From the NCBI GenBank assembly GCA_946578345.1, contig CAMOBD010000002.1, positions 1 through 52,088 on the forward strand: 52,088 nucleotides of DNA. Reading direction: 5' to 3'. Both the position numbers and the translations under genes were made by a program. Origin of the DNA: an uncultured Clostridium sp. (GTDB taxonomy: Bacteria > Bacillota > Clostridia > TANB77 > CAG-508). Positions 39,847 to 49,017 of the stretch are shown one piece after another (the first letter of the stretch is position 1; each line of letters begins with the position of its first letter). A model generated the notes under the pieces. That model did no database searches and was not told the origin of the DNA. It worked only from the letters and a program-made list of their open reading frames with translations.

Positions 39847-40553
39847 ACTTTACTCCAAATTATAAAATCATCAAAATTATTTTAACATTTTTTTTAAAAT
39901 TTATAAATAGCTTTTTATAAATTATACAACAAAAATTTTTCTACTCAGGGTTTGGGATTTTATCTCATTAAATAGAATTCGTGTGAACGGATTCATTGCT
40001 TGCTAGGACAAGGAATTCATTTTTGTATAAAATTTAGCTTCTGAATAAAATGTAAGATAATTTACTTTAAAATGATTTCTCGTACTAAATAGTTTTCATT
40101 TAATTCTTAATTAAGAAAATATTTTGTTTCTATACATATTCCTTATAAATTATTTTATTAGATTATAAAAGTACAAATGTATTCCATATCAAATGTCCCT
40201 AAAATCAGTTTTTATTTAAAATATATTCTTTTTATATTTTTAGAGCTATTAAATACAGAAGCATGTATAAAAAAGTTCAAAAAAGTTTTAAAAATTTTTA
40301 AATACTTGTCCCGATTTGTAAGATTAAAAGTGCTGTTAATTTATAGAAAAGTAAAAAAATTTTTAAAAATTATCGTAACCTTTTGGATATTTAAGTGCTG
40401 TTATACATAGAAGGAAATTTCAAAATAGTCCTTGACAAAATTAAAAATGTTATGTTAAATATTGACTCATAAGGGTGCATAAATCACACAATATTTAACT
40501 TAAACATTTGCGAAAAGTACTTACAAAAGGAACAAGTTAAAGGAGGTGTGATT

Positions 40554-40763
40554 ATGGAAAAACTTGATAATATAGTTATGTATTCACCAGAAGATGTTAG
40601 AAAACTTCTTCATTTAGGTAATGCAAAATGTTTAGAGTTGTTTAATTCAAAAGATTTTCCTAGCATAAGAATTGGTAGAGCCTTTTGGGTAAAAGCTGAT
40701 TGTTTAGAAAAATTTTTAAGTGAAAAACATACTCTGAATAACCAGAACGAAGAAATGTTTTAA
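40554..40763 (+). CDS. Small HTH DNA-binding protein, excisionase-like
   Basis: 69 aa. It sits immediately upstream of the integrase and follows AAAGGAGG. The assignment rests on position and size. Confidence 0.5.
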   Translation: MEKLDNIVMYSPEDVRKLLHLGNAKCLELFNSKDFPSIRIGRAFWVKADCLEKFLSEKHTLNNQNEEMF

Positions 40764-40891
40764 TTAAACAAAGAATTTTAATAACTAACTATTTACAAGA
40801 ACGCCCTTACATAACACGATAAAATAAAGTCTTATTAAGTACAATGAGTTATTGCAAGGGAGTTTCTTCTAAAGTAAGGAGGATACATACA

Positions 40892-42223
40892 ATGCAACAC
40901 TCAAAAGGAATTACAGTTGGAACTTATACCGTCAAAACAAAGAAGAAAGTTAATTCTTTACCTATCTGTCCAACTTGTAAAAAATGCAAAGATAGGTCTG
41001 TTTGTAGCAATAGGAAAAAACTTACCAAATGTTCTATATGTAAAAATTGTAGTGATAAAGACAACTGTGATATTTACTATATTTCATCTTGTTGTAAAGC
41101 AATTTTAAATTTAGGAAGAAGCCCACAAACTGGAAAGGAAATCAAGAAAACATTTACTGGCCAAACTGAAGATGAGGCTTTATATAAACTTTATCAATTT
41201 AAAGATGATATAAAAAGAAATGGGCTTCCACAAAATATTATTCAAAAAACAACTGTTACAATTTATAATATAGGAATGCAAATGGAATATATAAAAAAAT
41301 CTAAAGGTAAGATTGGAACAAATGCATATAGAACAAATATGAGTACTTTAAAAAGATTAAAACCATATAAGTTTTCTAATATTCCTATTGAAAAAGTTAA
41401 AAAAGAGCAAATTGAAGAATTTTTAGAAGATGAAAGAAATAAGTCAAATTCTATAATAAAAAAAGATTATGGAATGCTTGCGAGAATTTATGATTATGCC
41501 GAAGAAAATAATTATATTACTAAAAACTTTTTTAGGGGTTTTTATAAAATTGAAAAAACTCAAAGTAAGATTGCTACAAAACAAGTTAATCCAATGACAT
41601 TTGATGAAGAAAGAAGATTTAAAAAATACTTATCACAAGATATTCATCCTTTTAAGAATCTAGTCTTAATTGAATTGTACACTGGAATGAGATTAGGCGA
41701 AGTATTGGCTTTAAATATATCTGATGTTGATATAAACAGTAATATTATTCATGTTAGTAAAATATTAACACATGATGAAAATCATAAACCATACATCCAT
41801 GAATCTAGCTTATCTCAAACAAAAGACGGTGCTAGACTTGTACAGATTAATGATGTTTTTAAAAATAATGTTATTGAAGCAATTAAATTTGCACAAGGTA
41901 ATGAAAATAATAAAGAACAATTATTATTCTGCCAAGAAAATGGCTCACTTATTTTAGAAAGTAGTGTAAATAGTTATTTAAAAAGAGTGGCAAAAGAAAT
42001 AAACTTAAATTATTGGAAACAGTTTAGTTCTCATAGATTAAGGCATACTTTTGCTACAAGATGTATTGAAGCAGGTATTTCTCTTCCTGTCCTTCAAACA
42101 TTAATGGGACATCATGATATTCAAACAACCATTAATGAATATGGTAAAGTATTCAATTTTTACCAAAGAAAAGAGAAAGAAAAATATATAAAATATGTAA
42201 CAGATGGAATAAGTGAGATGTAA
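40892..42223 (+). CDS. int: Tyrosine-type site-specific integrase with a Cys-rich N-terminal extension
   Basis: About 443 aa. Catalytic region GMRLGEVLAL ... HRLRHTFATRCIEAG ... LMGHHDIQTTINEY. N-terminal CPTCKKCKDRSVCSNRKKLTKCSICKNCSDKDNC. ATG 40892 follows AAGGAGG. Confidence 0.85.
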   Translation: MQHSKGITVGTYTVKTKKKVNSLPICPTCKKCKDRSVCSNRKKLTKCSICKNCSDKDNCDIYYISSCCKAILNLGRSPQTGKEIKKTFTGQTEDEALYKLYQFKDDIKRNGLPQNIIQKTTVTIYNIGMQMEYIKKSKGKIGTNAYRTNMSTLKRLKPYKFSNIPIEKVKKEQIEEFLEDERNKSNSIIKKDYGMLARIYDYAEENNYITKNFFRGFYKIEKTQSKIATKQVNPMTFDEERRFKKYLSQDIHPFKNLVLIELYTGMRLGEVLALNISDVDINSNIIHVSKILTHDENHKPYIHESSLSQTKDGARLVQINDVFKNNVIEAIKFAQGNENNKEQLLFCQENGSLILESSVNSYLKRVAKEINLNYWKQFSSHRLRHTFATRCIEAGISLPVLQTLMGHHDIQTTINEYGKVFNFYQRKEKEKYIKYVTDGISEM

Positions 42224-42412
42224 GCTATAAGGAAGCAAATTGAAAATTTAATAGATAAAAAACAAAGTTGGAATTTATATACTTATCTTGTATAGAATTT
42301 AATCATATTCAAACATAAAAACAAGATAAAAAATTTCAAGGTCATATTTCAAAAATAGATTTTGATAAAACAAACTCAGTAATTGCAATAGATATATGCT
42401 TATATAGAGGTA

Positions 42413-42426
42413 GTCACCTCGACCAG
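42413..42426 (+). repeat. attR core (copy of the tRNA-Pro 3' end)
   Basis: GTCACCTCGACCAG versus GTCGCCTCGACCAG at 32330-32343. Confidence 0.75.
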
Positions 42427-42430
42427 AAAA

Positions 42431-42451
42431 AGGAGCTTCTTACAAGCTCCT
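42431..42451 (+). terminator. Hairpin following attR (probably the displaced tRNA-Pro terminator)
   Basis: AGGAGCTTCTTACAAGCTCCT. Confidence 0.5.
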
Positions 42452-42517
42452 AAAATTGTTTTTAGGCTATTTTAAGCCTTTTTTCTTTTCTCAAACTTTT
42501 TCAAAATTTCTCTATTA

Positions 42518-42815
42518 TCAATTATCGGCTTGTAATTTTTTTCTATATTGTAAAAGTTTTTGTTTTCTAATTTCATTCGATTTCTTTAAGTTTGAAATTT
42601 GTCTATCATATAAATCGCATAATGATTTATATTGAGTTTCTGTTAAATCTTCTTCTTTAATTTCACCTTTACGATACTGTTTCTGTAATTTTAACAATTT
42701 AGTTTCTTCATTTTAAATATTCTTTATAGTTTCAAGAAACTTTTGCTTTTGCGAATCATTTTCTATTTTATTATTTGAAAATGATTCAGAAACAGAATTA
42801 AAACTTTTGTTTTTT
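42518..42815 (-). pseudogene. Decayed ORF: no start codon and an in-frame TAA
   Basis: One minus-strand frame reads ...KSFNSVSESFSNNKIENDSQKQKFLETIKNI*NEETKLLKLQKQYRKGEIKEEDLTETQYKSLCDLYDRQISNLKKSNEIRKQKLLQYRKKLQADN*. It is open except for one TAA and has no ATG, GTG or TTG near its 5' end. Confidence 0.3.
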
Positions 42816-42996
42816 TAAATAATTTTCTAAAAAAATTTTCTAAAACTATGTACTTTTTTAAAAATTTAGTGTATAATTTTAATAGATAAATGAATAATAT
42901 ATATTATAAATAATATTATTTATATTGGTCTCACAAGGACCAAACCCGTGTAGACGCAGAGCGTCGCAAAAAGCCATTCACACGAATGGCTTTTTA

Positions 42997-43677
42997 TTAT
43001 AGTCTTTTATTTTTAAGTTGCCTTATAATTCCTAAAATATCTTTTACACTAAAAAAGTATTTTTCAGCTCTAGTAAGTGGAATGTTATGATTATGCTTAT
43101 ATACTATTTTATCTATAAAAGTTAGCATATCAGAGACTTGAAATAGTCTTTTTTCTTTATGGTCAAATTCAATTCTATGTTCAACATTATTTTTAGTAAT
43201 TAATAATGTATCAATAATTGCTCCTAATGATTCTTGTCCATTGTCATAATAAACAACTACTTTTTCAAACTGATTCATATAATTACTAATAGATTCAAAA
43301 AATTTATTTATCCCAATGGCTAATTCTCTGTTTAATTGAGTTTTACTATTCTTAAATCTTTTATCAATTATGATAGTATGTATTTTTACTTTAACTCTTT
43401 TTGAAAAATAAAATATAGCCCAAAAAATATTTTTTCTTTGTTCAAGCTTTAAATATGAATAATCGCCTCTTTTTGCAACTAAGTCAGCAAGATGTATCAT
43501 ACCATCATAATTGGCTTTTTTTAATCTATTATTTAAATATTCTAAATCATTAACTATTGAATCATCACTTTCATGTATTGTAAAAGAAACTCCATATAAA
43601 TCTGAACTTCCGTCTACAAATCCAAAGTCACCACTTTCGTCGATGAATATGTTTAGTCTTCGCTTTATATTAATCAC
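42997..43677 (-). CDS. DUF3800-family protein
   Basis: 226 aa. The N-terminal LNIFIDESGDFG signature is typical of DUF3800. A bidirectional terminator AGCCATTC-ACAC-GAATGGCT lies at 42972-42991. Confidence 0.6.
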   Translation of the reverse strand: MINIKRRLNIFIDESGDFGFVDGSSDLYGVSFTIHESDDSIVNDLEYLNNRLKKANYDGMIHLADLVAKRGDYSYLKLEQRKNIFWAIFYFSKRVKVKIHTIIIDKRFKNSKTQLNRELAIGINKFFESISNYMNQFEKVVVYYDNGQESLGAIIDTLLITKNNVEHRIEFDHKEKRLFQVSDMLTFIDKIVYKHNHNIPLTRAEKYFFSVKDILGIIRQLKNKRL

Positions 43678-43885
43678 CTACCTTGTTGTTTATTTTTCAA
43701 TTATATAATAAAAACCACCAAATATATTTTAAATTAATCACCACCATAGATCAATATTTTGGGTGGCGATTAGTTTAAATTTTTTTAAGCTAATGATTAT
43801 TTCAGATAAAAATATTTGATAATATTGTCTGAATCTAATTTATAACAATACACTTCATTAAAAGACATTTCAGAATAGTAAACAA

Positions 43886-44104
43886 TTAATTCACATCATT
43901 CTCAATTTCGCTATTTTTTATTTTTTCGCTTAAGTTCTTTGCAAATTTGTCCAGTTCTTCATCAAAAGATGTAAAATATTTTCTCTCATTTTGATATTGC
44001 TCTTCTGTGAGATTTGCAATTTCATCACAAGCTTCAAGTATAAAATCAGAATATTCTTTTTCGTTTTTCTTTTTATTGTGTGTTACAAAAACTATTTCTT
44101 CCAT
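43886..44104 (-). CDS. Hypothetical small acidic protein
   Basis: 72 aa. RBS AGGAG. No family recognised. Confidence 0.4.
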   Translation of the reverse strand: MEEIVFVTHNKKKNEKEYSDFILEACDEIANLTEEQYQNERKYFTSFDEELDKFAKNLSEKIKNSEIENDVN

Positions 44105-44218
44105 TTCTAAATCTCCTTTTTAAGTACTGCAGGTATTATATCACTAAATCTAATAATATTCAAAACTTGAAAATCGTATATAATCGTGGTACAATCTAAA
44201 AAGAAATGAGGAATACAT

Positions 44219-45052
44219 ATGATTTTAGATTTCAACAAAAACGAAGATATACCAAGAATCAATTTATATAAAAAAAGCAAAGGCATAATGCTAGCTAAGA
44301 AGTGGTTGCCAGAATTAAATCAAGTAGAAAAATTCTATCTTATAGATTCATTAGAAGACTGGAGAAAAGTTGAAGAAGAGTTCCCTCCTGAAATGATGAC
44401 TGTAAGGTGCGATTGTCCTAGAGGACTTGATGCTAAACTACCAAGTGGTGAAACTTTTGAAAGGGCAAGAGTTCCTGAATATATAAAAAAAGTAAAATCT
44501 AAAGTTCCAGATGCAGTAATCATATTAGAAAAGATGAAGGATGGAAGTAATGAAAGAATACATACACAAGGTGGAGTAAACTTAGAAATGAATATAGGAA
44601 AGGTCATGAGGCTAGAATATGTCGGACCTAGTTTTGATGCCAGAGAGTTATGTGCCGCAAAAGCTGCTCATGAAGCATGGGTTATTCCATGGGAAGATGT
44701 GCCTTTTATGAAAGATTCTGCAATTAGAAAATATAAAGTTGGAGAGATAAGTCATGTGGATTATATACAGACGGCAAGGGAAAGACTACATTTTTTGTTT
44801 GATGCTTATCCTAATCAGAGAGCAGAAATTTTGAGAACTATGCCTACTGAATTTAAAGGTATGGATATAAGAGTTTTTAGAGATATTAGAGATAAAGTGG
44901 TATTTCCATTGTGGGAAAAGAGCGAGAATCTATTAAGAGATGGTTTAAATAACTTTATAGTTGAGATTAATATCATGCAAGATGGAAGACTTGTACCTAT
45001 GGAGATGGCAGTACAAGAAAGATTTAAAGAAAAAAGAGAACATGAGAGATAA
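44219..45052 (+). CDS. Hypothetical protein (orphan, somewhat higher GC)
   Basis: 277 aa. RBS GAGGAA. No recognisable motifs. Confidence 0.5.
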   Translation: MILDFNKNEDIPRINLYKKSKGIMLAKKWLPELNQVEKFYLIDSLEDWRKVEEEFPPEMMTVRCDCPRGLDAKLPSGETFERARVPEYIKKVKSKVPDAVIILEKMKDGSNERIHTQGGVNLEMNIGKVMRLEYVGPSFDARELCAAKAAHEAWVIPWEDVPFMKDSAIRKYKVGEISHVDYIQTARERLHFLFDAYPNQRAEILRTMPTEFKGMDIRVFRDIRDKVVFPLWEKSENLLRDGLNNFIVEINIMQDGRLVPMEMAVQERFKEKREHER

Positions 45053-45105
45053 AAAGTGTTTCAAAAATGAAACACTTTAATTGAATGCGTAACAGAAAAA
45101 TACTT

Positions 45106-45676
45106 TTATACTTCTCTATTAAATTGCCCGTCCTTGTAGTATAAACTTTCTCCATTCTTAGCCCAAAACGGCATTAATGCATTTGGGACTTTTAACGTAT
45201 GATTACCGTTTTCATAACTTAATGTACTATAATCTTTTTCTCTTGCTTCAATTTTATATCTAGTATTAGCATCAATTTCCAAAATACCGCTTTCTTTTTC
45301 AAAATTATTTTGTATTTCTTGATATTCTTTAATATCTACTAAGCTATCAAAGAACTCACCGAGTTAACTCTTTTTCATAAATATACTGTCCATCTTTAAA
45401 TCTCAATATACTATCATTTTTAATTTTATCTAATACATCTTTTGGAATATCAGTTTCTTTTGCTACTTTATTAGTCTCAGTATTTTGTAAATAAGCACCA
45501 TTTGAAAATATATCGACTACTTGATACAATACATCTTCTTGTTTTAAAATGTTATCCTTGGTGTTATTACTCAAATCGTTATTTTTAAAAGCGTCAGTCA
45601 ATTCATTTATAAAATTCTGCACAAAATCATTCTCCTTTAAACCATTAATAAGATTATTAATTAAATCTAAACTCAA
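45106..45676 (-). CDS. Hypothetical 189-aa protein reconstructed across a +1 shift at CGG 45359-45361
   Basis: Track ORF 45356-45676 ends ...ACT CGG TGA. Skipping the C gives 84 more stop-free codons (GEFFDSLVDIKEYQEIQNNFEKESGILEIDANTRYKIEAREKDYSTLSYENGNHTLKVPNALMPFWAKNGESLYYKDGQFNREV*). Confidence 0.55.
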
Positions 45677-45921
45677 TATACAATCACTCCTTTACTATAA
45701 GTAGGTTTAAGTTCCATCACTATGCATATTTGAAAAACAAGTACACATATGTAAAGTAATATCCTTAAAAAATCTTCAACCTAGGAAATCTACTATAGGT
45801 AAATAGTAGTAAGAATTAATCTAGGAGTGATTATATACTATTTTACATAAATATGCAATACTTTATGTAAAAAATCATGTTCTGTTCGTTTTTGAAAATG
45901 TATCATTTACACCGAGAAAGC

Positions 45922-46656
45922 TTATTCTGCGTGATTTTCACCAGTTGCATAATCAATAACTACACCTGGCTGCACATTATAGCAATACACATTAAAACAA
46001 ACCCCTTGTCCATTATCCTCAACAGACCATGCTTCCATTTGCACACCACTTGCTAAAAGATTATCTCCCTCAAAAATAGGTGTTATTCTATATAAAACAT
46101 GATTGTTTACGTTGTTATCAATATATTCTGCAACTTTATTCTCAAAAGGCAACATTCCTTCTACATTTAAATATCTTGTTCCAGTTATTAAGTTTTCCTT
46201 GTTAGCATCTTCATCTGATAATTGATATCCTATTAAGTGGCATCTATTATACAAATACTCCCCGTCATATTCATTTTGAACCCAACCCGTAGGCTTCACA
46301 GAAGAAATGCTTCCTCTTTCATCACCATCAGGTGGCATAGTATCTTTACAAATATTTGCATATGCAACACCACATCTACCATTCTCATCTAAATCACTAT
46401 ATTTTTCAAATGGCTCGGTGGTATAATCCTCTTCAGTAAAATATGGAACATTGTTATTTATCTCCACATAAGGACTTGAAGAATATTCCGGAATTGTAGA
46501 TAGTTCAAAAACTGTATTTTGACTGCTTACACTATTTGTACTTGTTGCTCCTGTTTGAATTATGTCTGGATTAAAATATCCAAAAGCTATAATGCAAATA
46601 AGTATTATAAAACCAACAATGAGTTGATACCCCTTTTTGTTTTTTCTTCTACTCAT
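45922..46656 (-). CDS. Secreted/membrane-anchored DNA/RNA non-specific endonuclease (DNA-entry nuclease, EndA/NucA-like)
   Basis: About 244 aa. N-terminal TM anchor. Motif YLYNRCHLIGYQLS...NLITGTRYLN is typical of the Endonuclease_NS_2 / DNA-entry nuclease family. ATG 46656 follows GGAGG. Confidence 0.7.
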   Translation of the reverse strand: MSRRKNKKGYQLIVGFIILICIIAFGYFNPDIIQTGATSTNSVSSQNTVFELSTIPEYSSSPYVEINNNVPYFTEEDYTTEPFEKYSDLDENGRCGVAYANICKDTMPPDGDERGSISSVKPTGWVQNEYDGEYLYNRCHLIGYQLSDEDANKENLITGTRYLNVEGMLPFENKVAEYIDNNVNNHVLYRITPIFEGDNLLASGVQMEAWSVEDNGQGVCFNVYCYNVQPGVVIDYATGENHAE

Positions 46657-46786
46657 AAAACCTCCATTCAAATTAAGATTATTATCATAATCTTATCTCT
46701 ATTTTAAAATTTTTTCAACCATTTTTTGAATTATATTATTAACCTGTTGTTACTATTTAAAGGTCTACGAAGATTTTATTATTTAT

Positions 46787-47015
46787 AGTCATTGAATATG
46801 TATGTTTTGAAAATTTATGTAGGAGCGCGCAGCGACCAAACGAGCCTTTAGGCGAGTGCGAGTTGGAGAAACCGAGCACATAATATACTATTTTATTTGG
46901 CATATAATTTAGCTGATGGCTAATACTTTGAATTTTTTCATACCTTTCTTTGTGCTTATATGGTTTCGACCAGCAAGCGACAAATAAATTTGAAAAACAT
47001 ACATATTCAATGACT
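46787..47015. repeat. 229-bp element with 32-bp terminal inverted repeats and a GC-rich interior
   Basis: AGTCATTGAATATGTATGTTTTGAAAATTTAT (46787-46818) versus ATAAATTTGAAAAACATACATATTCAATGACT (46984-47015), with 30/32 complementary positions. The interior includes GGAGCGCGCAGCGACCAAACGAGCC. Confidence 0.85.
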
Positions 47016-47093
47016 TTTAGCAAGTATAAGGTAAAAGAACTTTAAATAGTAACTTAACTTTTTCACACACATATAATATACAAGGTGATTGTA

Positions 47094-48021
47094 ATGGAAG
47101 AAGATTTAATAGTTCCTACAAATATAGCGTATTCATCATGTATATTACAAGGAAATATAGAACAATTAAGAAAAAGATATAAATTTTTAAGAACAGGGAA
47201 TATAGGGTATAGTGTTTTGGGAAAGCCAATACCATATATTCGAATAGGAAATGGTCAAAAAGAAGTAATGTATAGTGCTTCAATACATGCGAATGAATGG
47301 ATAACTTCTGTGGTACTTATGAAATTTGTAGAAGATTTTGCAAAAGCGTACGAAACTGATGGATTTATATATGGATATAGTGCAAGAGAAATATTTAATA
47401 ATACATCTATCTATATAGTACCTATGGTAAATCCTGATGGAGTGGACTTAGTAACAGGTGTTATTAGAGAAAATACAGGGGTATATAATCAATTTAGAGA
47501 CATATCATTAAATTTCCCTAACATTCCATTCCCATCAGGATGGAAAGCAAATTTTAATGGTGTAGACTTAAATTTACAATTTCCAGCTGGATGGGAAAAT
47601 GCAAGAGCAATTAAATTTGCCCAAGGCTATACAAGGCCTTCGCCTAGAGACTTTGTCGGATATGGGCCATTAACAGAGCCGGAATCACTAGCATTATATA
47701 ATTTTACACTAATACATGATTTTAGATTGATTTTAGCATACCATACTCAAGGAGAAGTAATTTACTGGAAATATGCAGATTATCTACCTGAAAATTCACA
47801 AGAAATAGGGGAAAGGTTTGCAGAAGCAAGTGGATACACGCTGGATATAACCCCACCAGAATCAGCTTTCGCAGGATATAAGGATTGGTTCATACAAGAA
47901 TATAATAGACCTGGTTACACAATTGAAGCAGGCCTCCGGAGAAAATCCATTACCTATTTCACAATTTGACCAAATATATAGTGATAATATAGGAATATTG
48001 GTGTTGGGAGCTGTGCTATAA
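47094..48021 (+). CDS. M14-family zinc carboxypeptidase (gamma-D-glutamyl-meso-diaminopimelate peptidase-like). The frame needs a +1 shift at CGG 47937-47939
   Basis: About 308 aa. Zn motif SIHANEWIT, PMVNPDGV, LAYHTQG. After GYTIEAGL the frame continues as GENPLPISQFDQIYSDNIGILVLGAVL* only if one base is skipped. Confidence 0.7.
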
Positions 48022-48103
48022 GAAAAGAAAATAGAGAAAACTATAAATAAATCTCCTCCTAATATAGAATATTAAGAGGAGACCAATTTGTTTACTATTA
48101 TTT

Positions 48104-48841
48104 TTAAATATATAATCTAAAGAAACTTAAAACTAATGCAACACCATAGTAAATTGCCATTGTGATAATAAATTTTATAGTAACTTTATCATCATCTTCT
48201 TCTTTGTAAAGTGCTTTAATAGCAAAGTATAGTAAAACTGTAGAAAGTACACCGCAAAATCCTGAAAATGCACTAGTTATTTTTGCTACTTCACTACCAA
48301 CTGAACTTAGTAAAGAAATAATGCTTGCTACAACTACTGGTAGTTTAGCAACAACAACAGCAATTACAACAGCTAAAAAGTTTTTCTTTTTGTCTTTCAT
48401 AAATAAGTATATAATTCCTGAAAGTAATGCTACTATAATTACAGGTATTAAAATAGATGAAATTATAGTAAATACTGATGATACAGAATTTCTCATAAAT
48501 CCTTCTAAAGTGTAATAAGAACCTAGAGAATACATGTTAGCTACAGAAATTATACCGTCAATTAATCCAGCAACTACCCAAACAGCTAATATGATAATAG
48601 CAATTACTAAAAATGGTTTGTGATTTGCTGCAATTTCTTTCATTTCTGAGTAAGGTTTTGTAAAGAAGTTCTTAACAAAATTTTTTGCCATAGCTACACT
48701 TTCTTTTGAATTTGTATTTTTAGTAGCCTCTTTAACCTCAGATACTGTTTCAGAAATTGTTTCGGATACAGTCTTAGATTCATTTTTTGCTTCTTCTTTT
48801 ACTTCTTCTGTGTTATTTTTGTTTTCATTATTTTCCTCCAT
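48104..48841 (-). CDS. Polytopic membrane protein (Yip1-like) with acidic N-terminal tail
   Basis: About 245 aa with 5 TM helices. ATG 48841 follows AGGAAAGGA. The family assignment is weak. Confidence 0.45.
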   Translation of the reverse strand: MEENNENKNNTEEVKEEAKNESKTVSETISETVSEVKEATKNTNSKESVAMAKNFVKNFFTKPYSEMKEIAANHKPFLVIAIIILAVWVVAGLIDGIISVANMYSLGSYYTLEGFMRNSVSSVFTIISSILIPVIIVALLSGIIYLFMKDKKKNFLAVVIAVVVAKLPVVVASIISLLSSVGSEVAKITSAFSGFCGVLSTVLLYFAIKALYKEEDDDKVTIKFIITMAIYYGVALVLSFFRLYI

Positions 48842-49017
48842 AAGAACACATCCTTTCCTTTTAATATACATATATTAAACTACAAAATGACCAATTTGTA
48901 AATAGTTATATTCAATATATATTAAGTAATTAGGTATAATATTAACAAAATTTGCAAATAATATTGAAAAAAACTTTTTAGATGATATAATAAGAAAAGC
49001 GAAAGGAGAGATTTTAT

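Larger units (their letters stand above)
32330..42426. mobile_element. About 10.1-kb integrative (mobilisable-type) element inserted at the 3' end of tRNA-Pro
   Basis: Flanking direct repeat GTC(G/A)CCTCGACCAG at 32330-32343 and 42413-42426 (13/14 identical). Contents: RepA_N, TnpV, Xis-like, tyrosine integrase, and RM/accessory cargo. AATTTCAA(A/G) repeats cluster at both ends. Confidence 0.8.

Noticed and set aside
40177-40410. 77-aa ORF in the island's AT-rich spacer.
   Set aside because: It is a Lys/Phe/Leu-rich product of poly-A/T sequence with no RBS. The region is better explained as the regulatory or arm-site region of xis/int.
42927-42996. A possible small structured RNA: hairpins GGTC..GACC and GACGC-AGA-GCGTC plus a terminator, downstream of a TATAAT at 42872.
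   Set aside because: The terminator is perfectly placed for the convergent DUF3800 gene. The -35 element is poor. GC-rich hairpins are common in this genome's intergenic DNA. The evidence is not enough to call an sRNA.
46757-47023. 88-aa ORF on the minus strand.
   Set aside because: It lies entirely inside the inverted-repeat element and has no RBS. The composition of the GC-rich interior explains the open frame.
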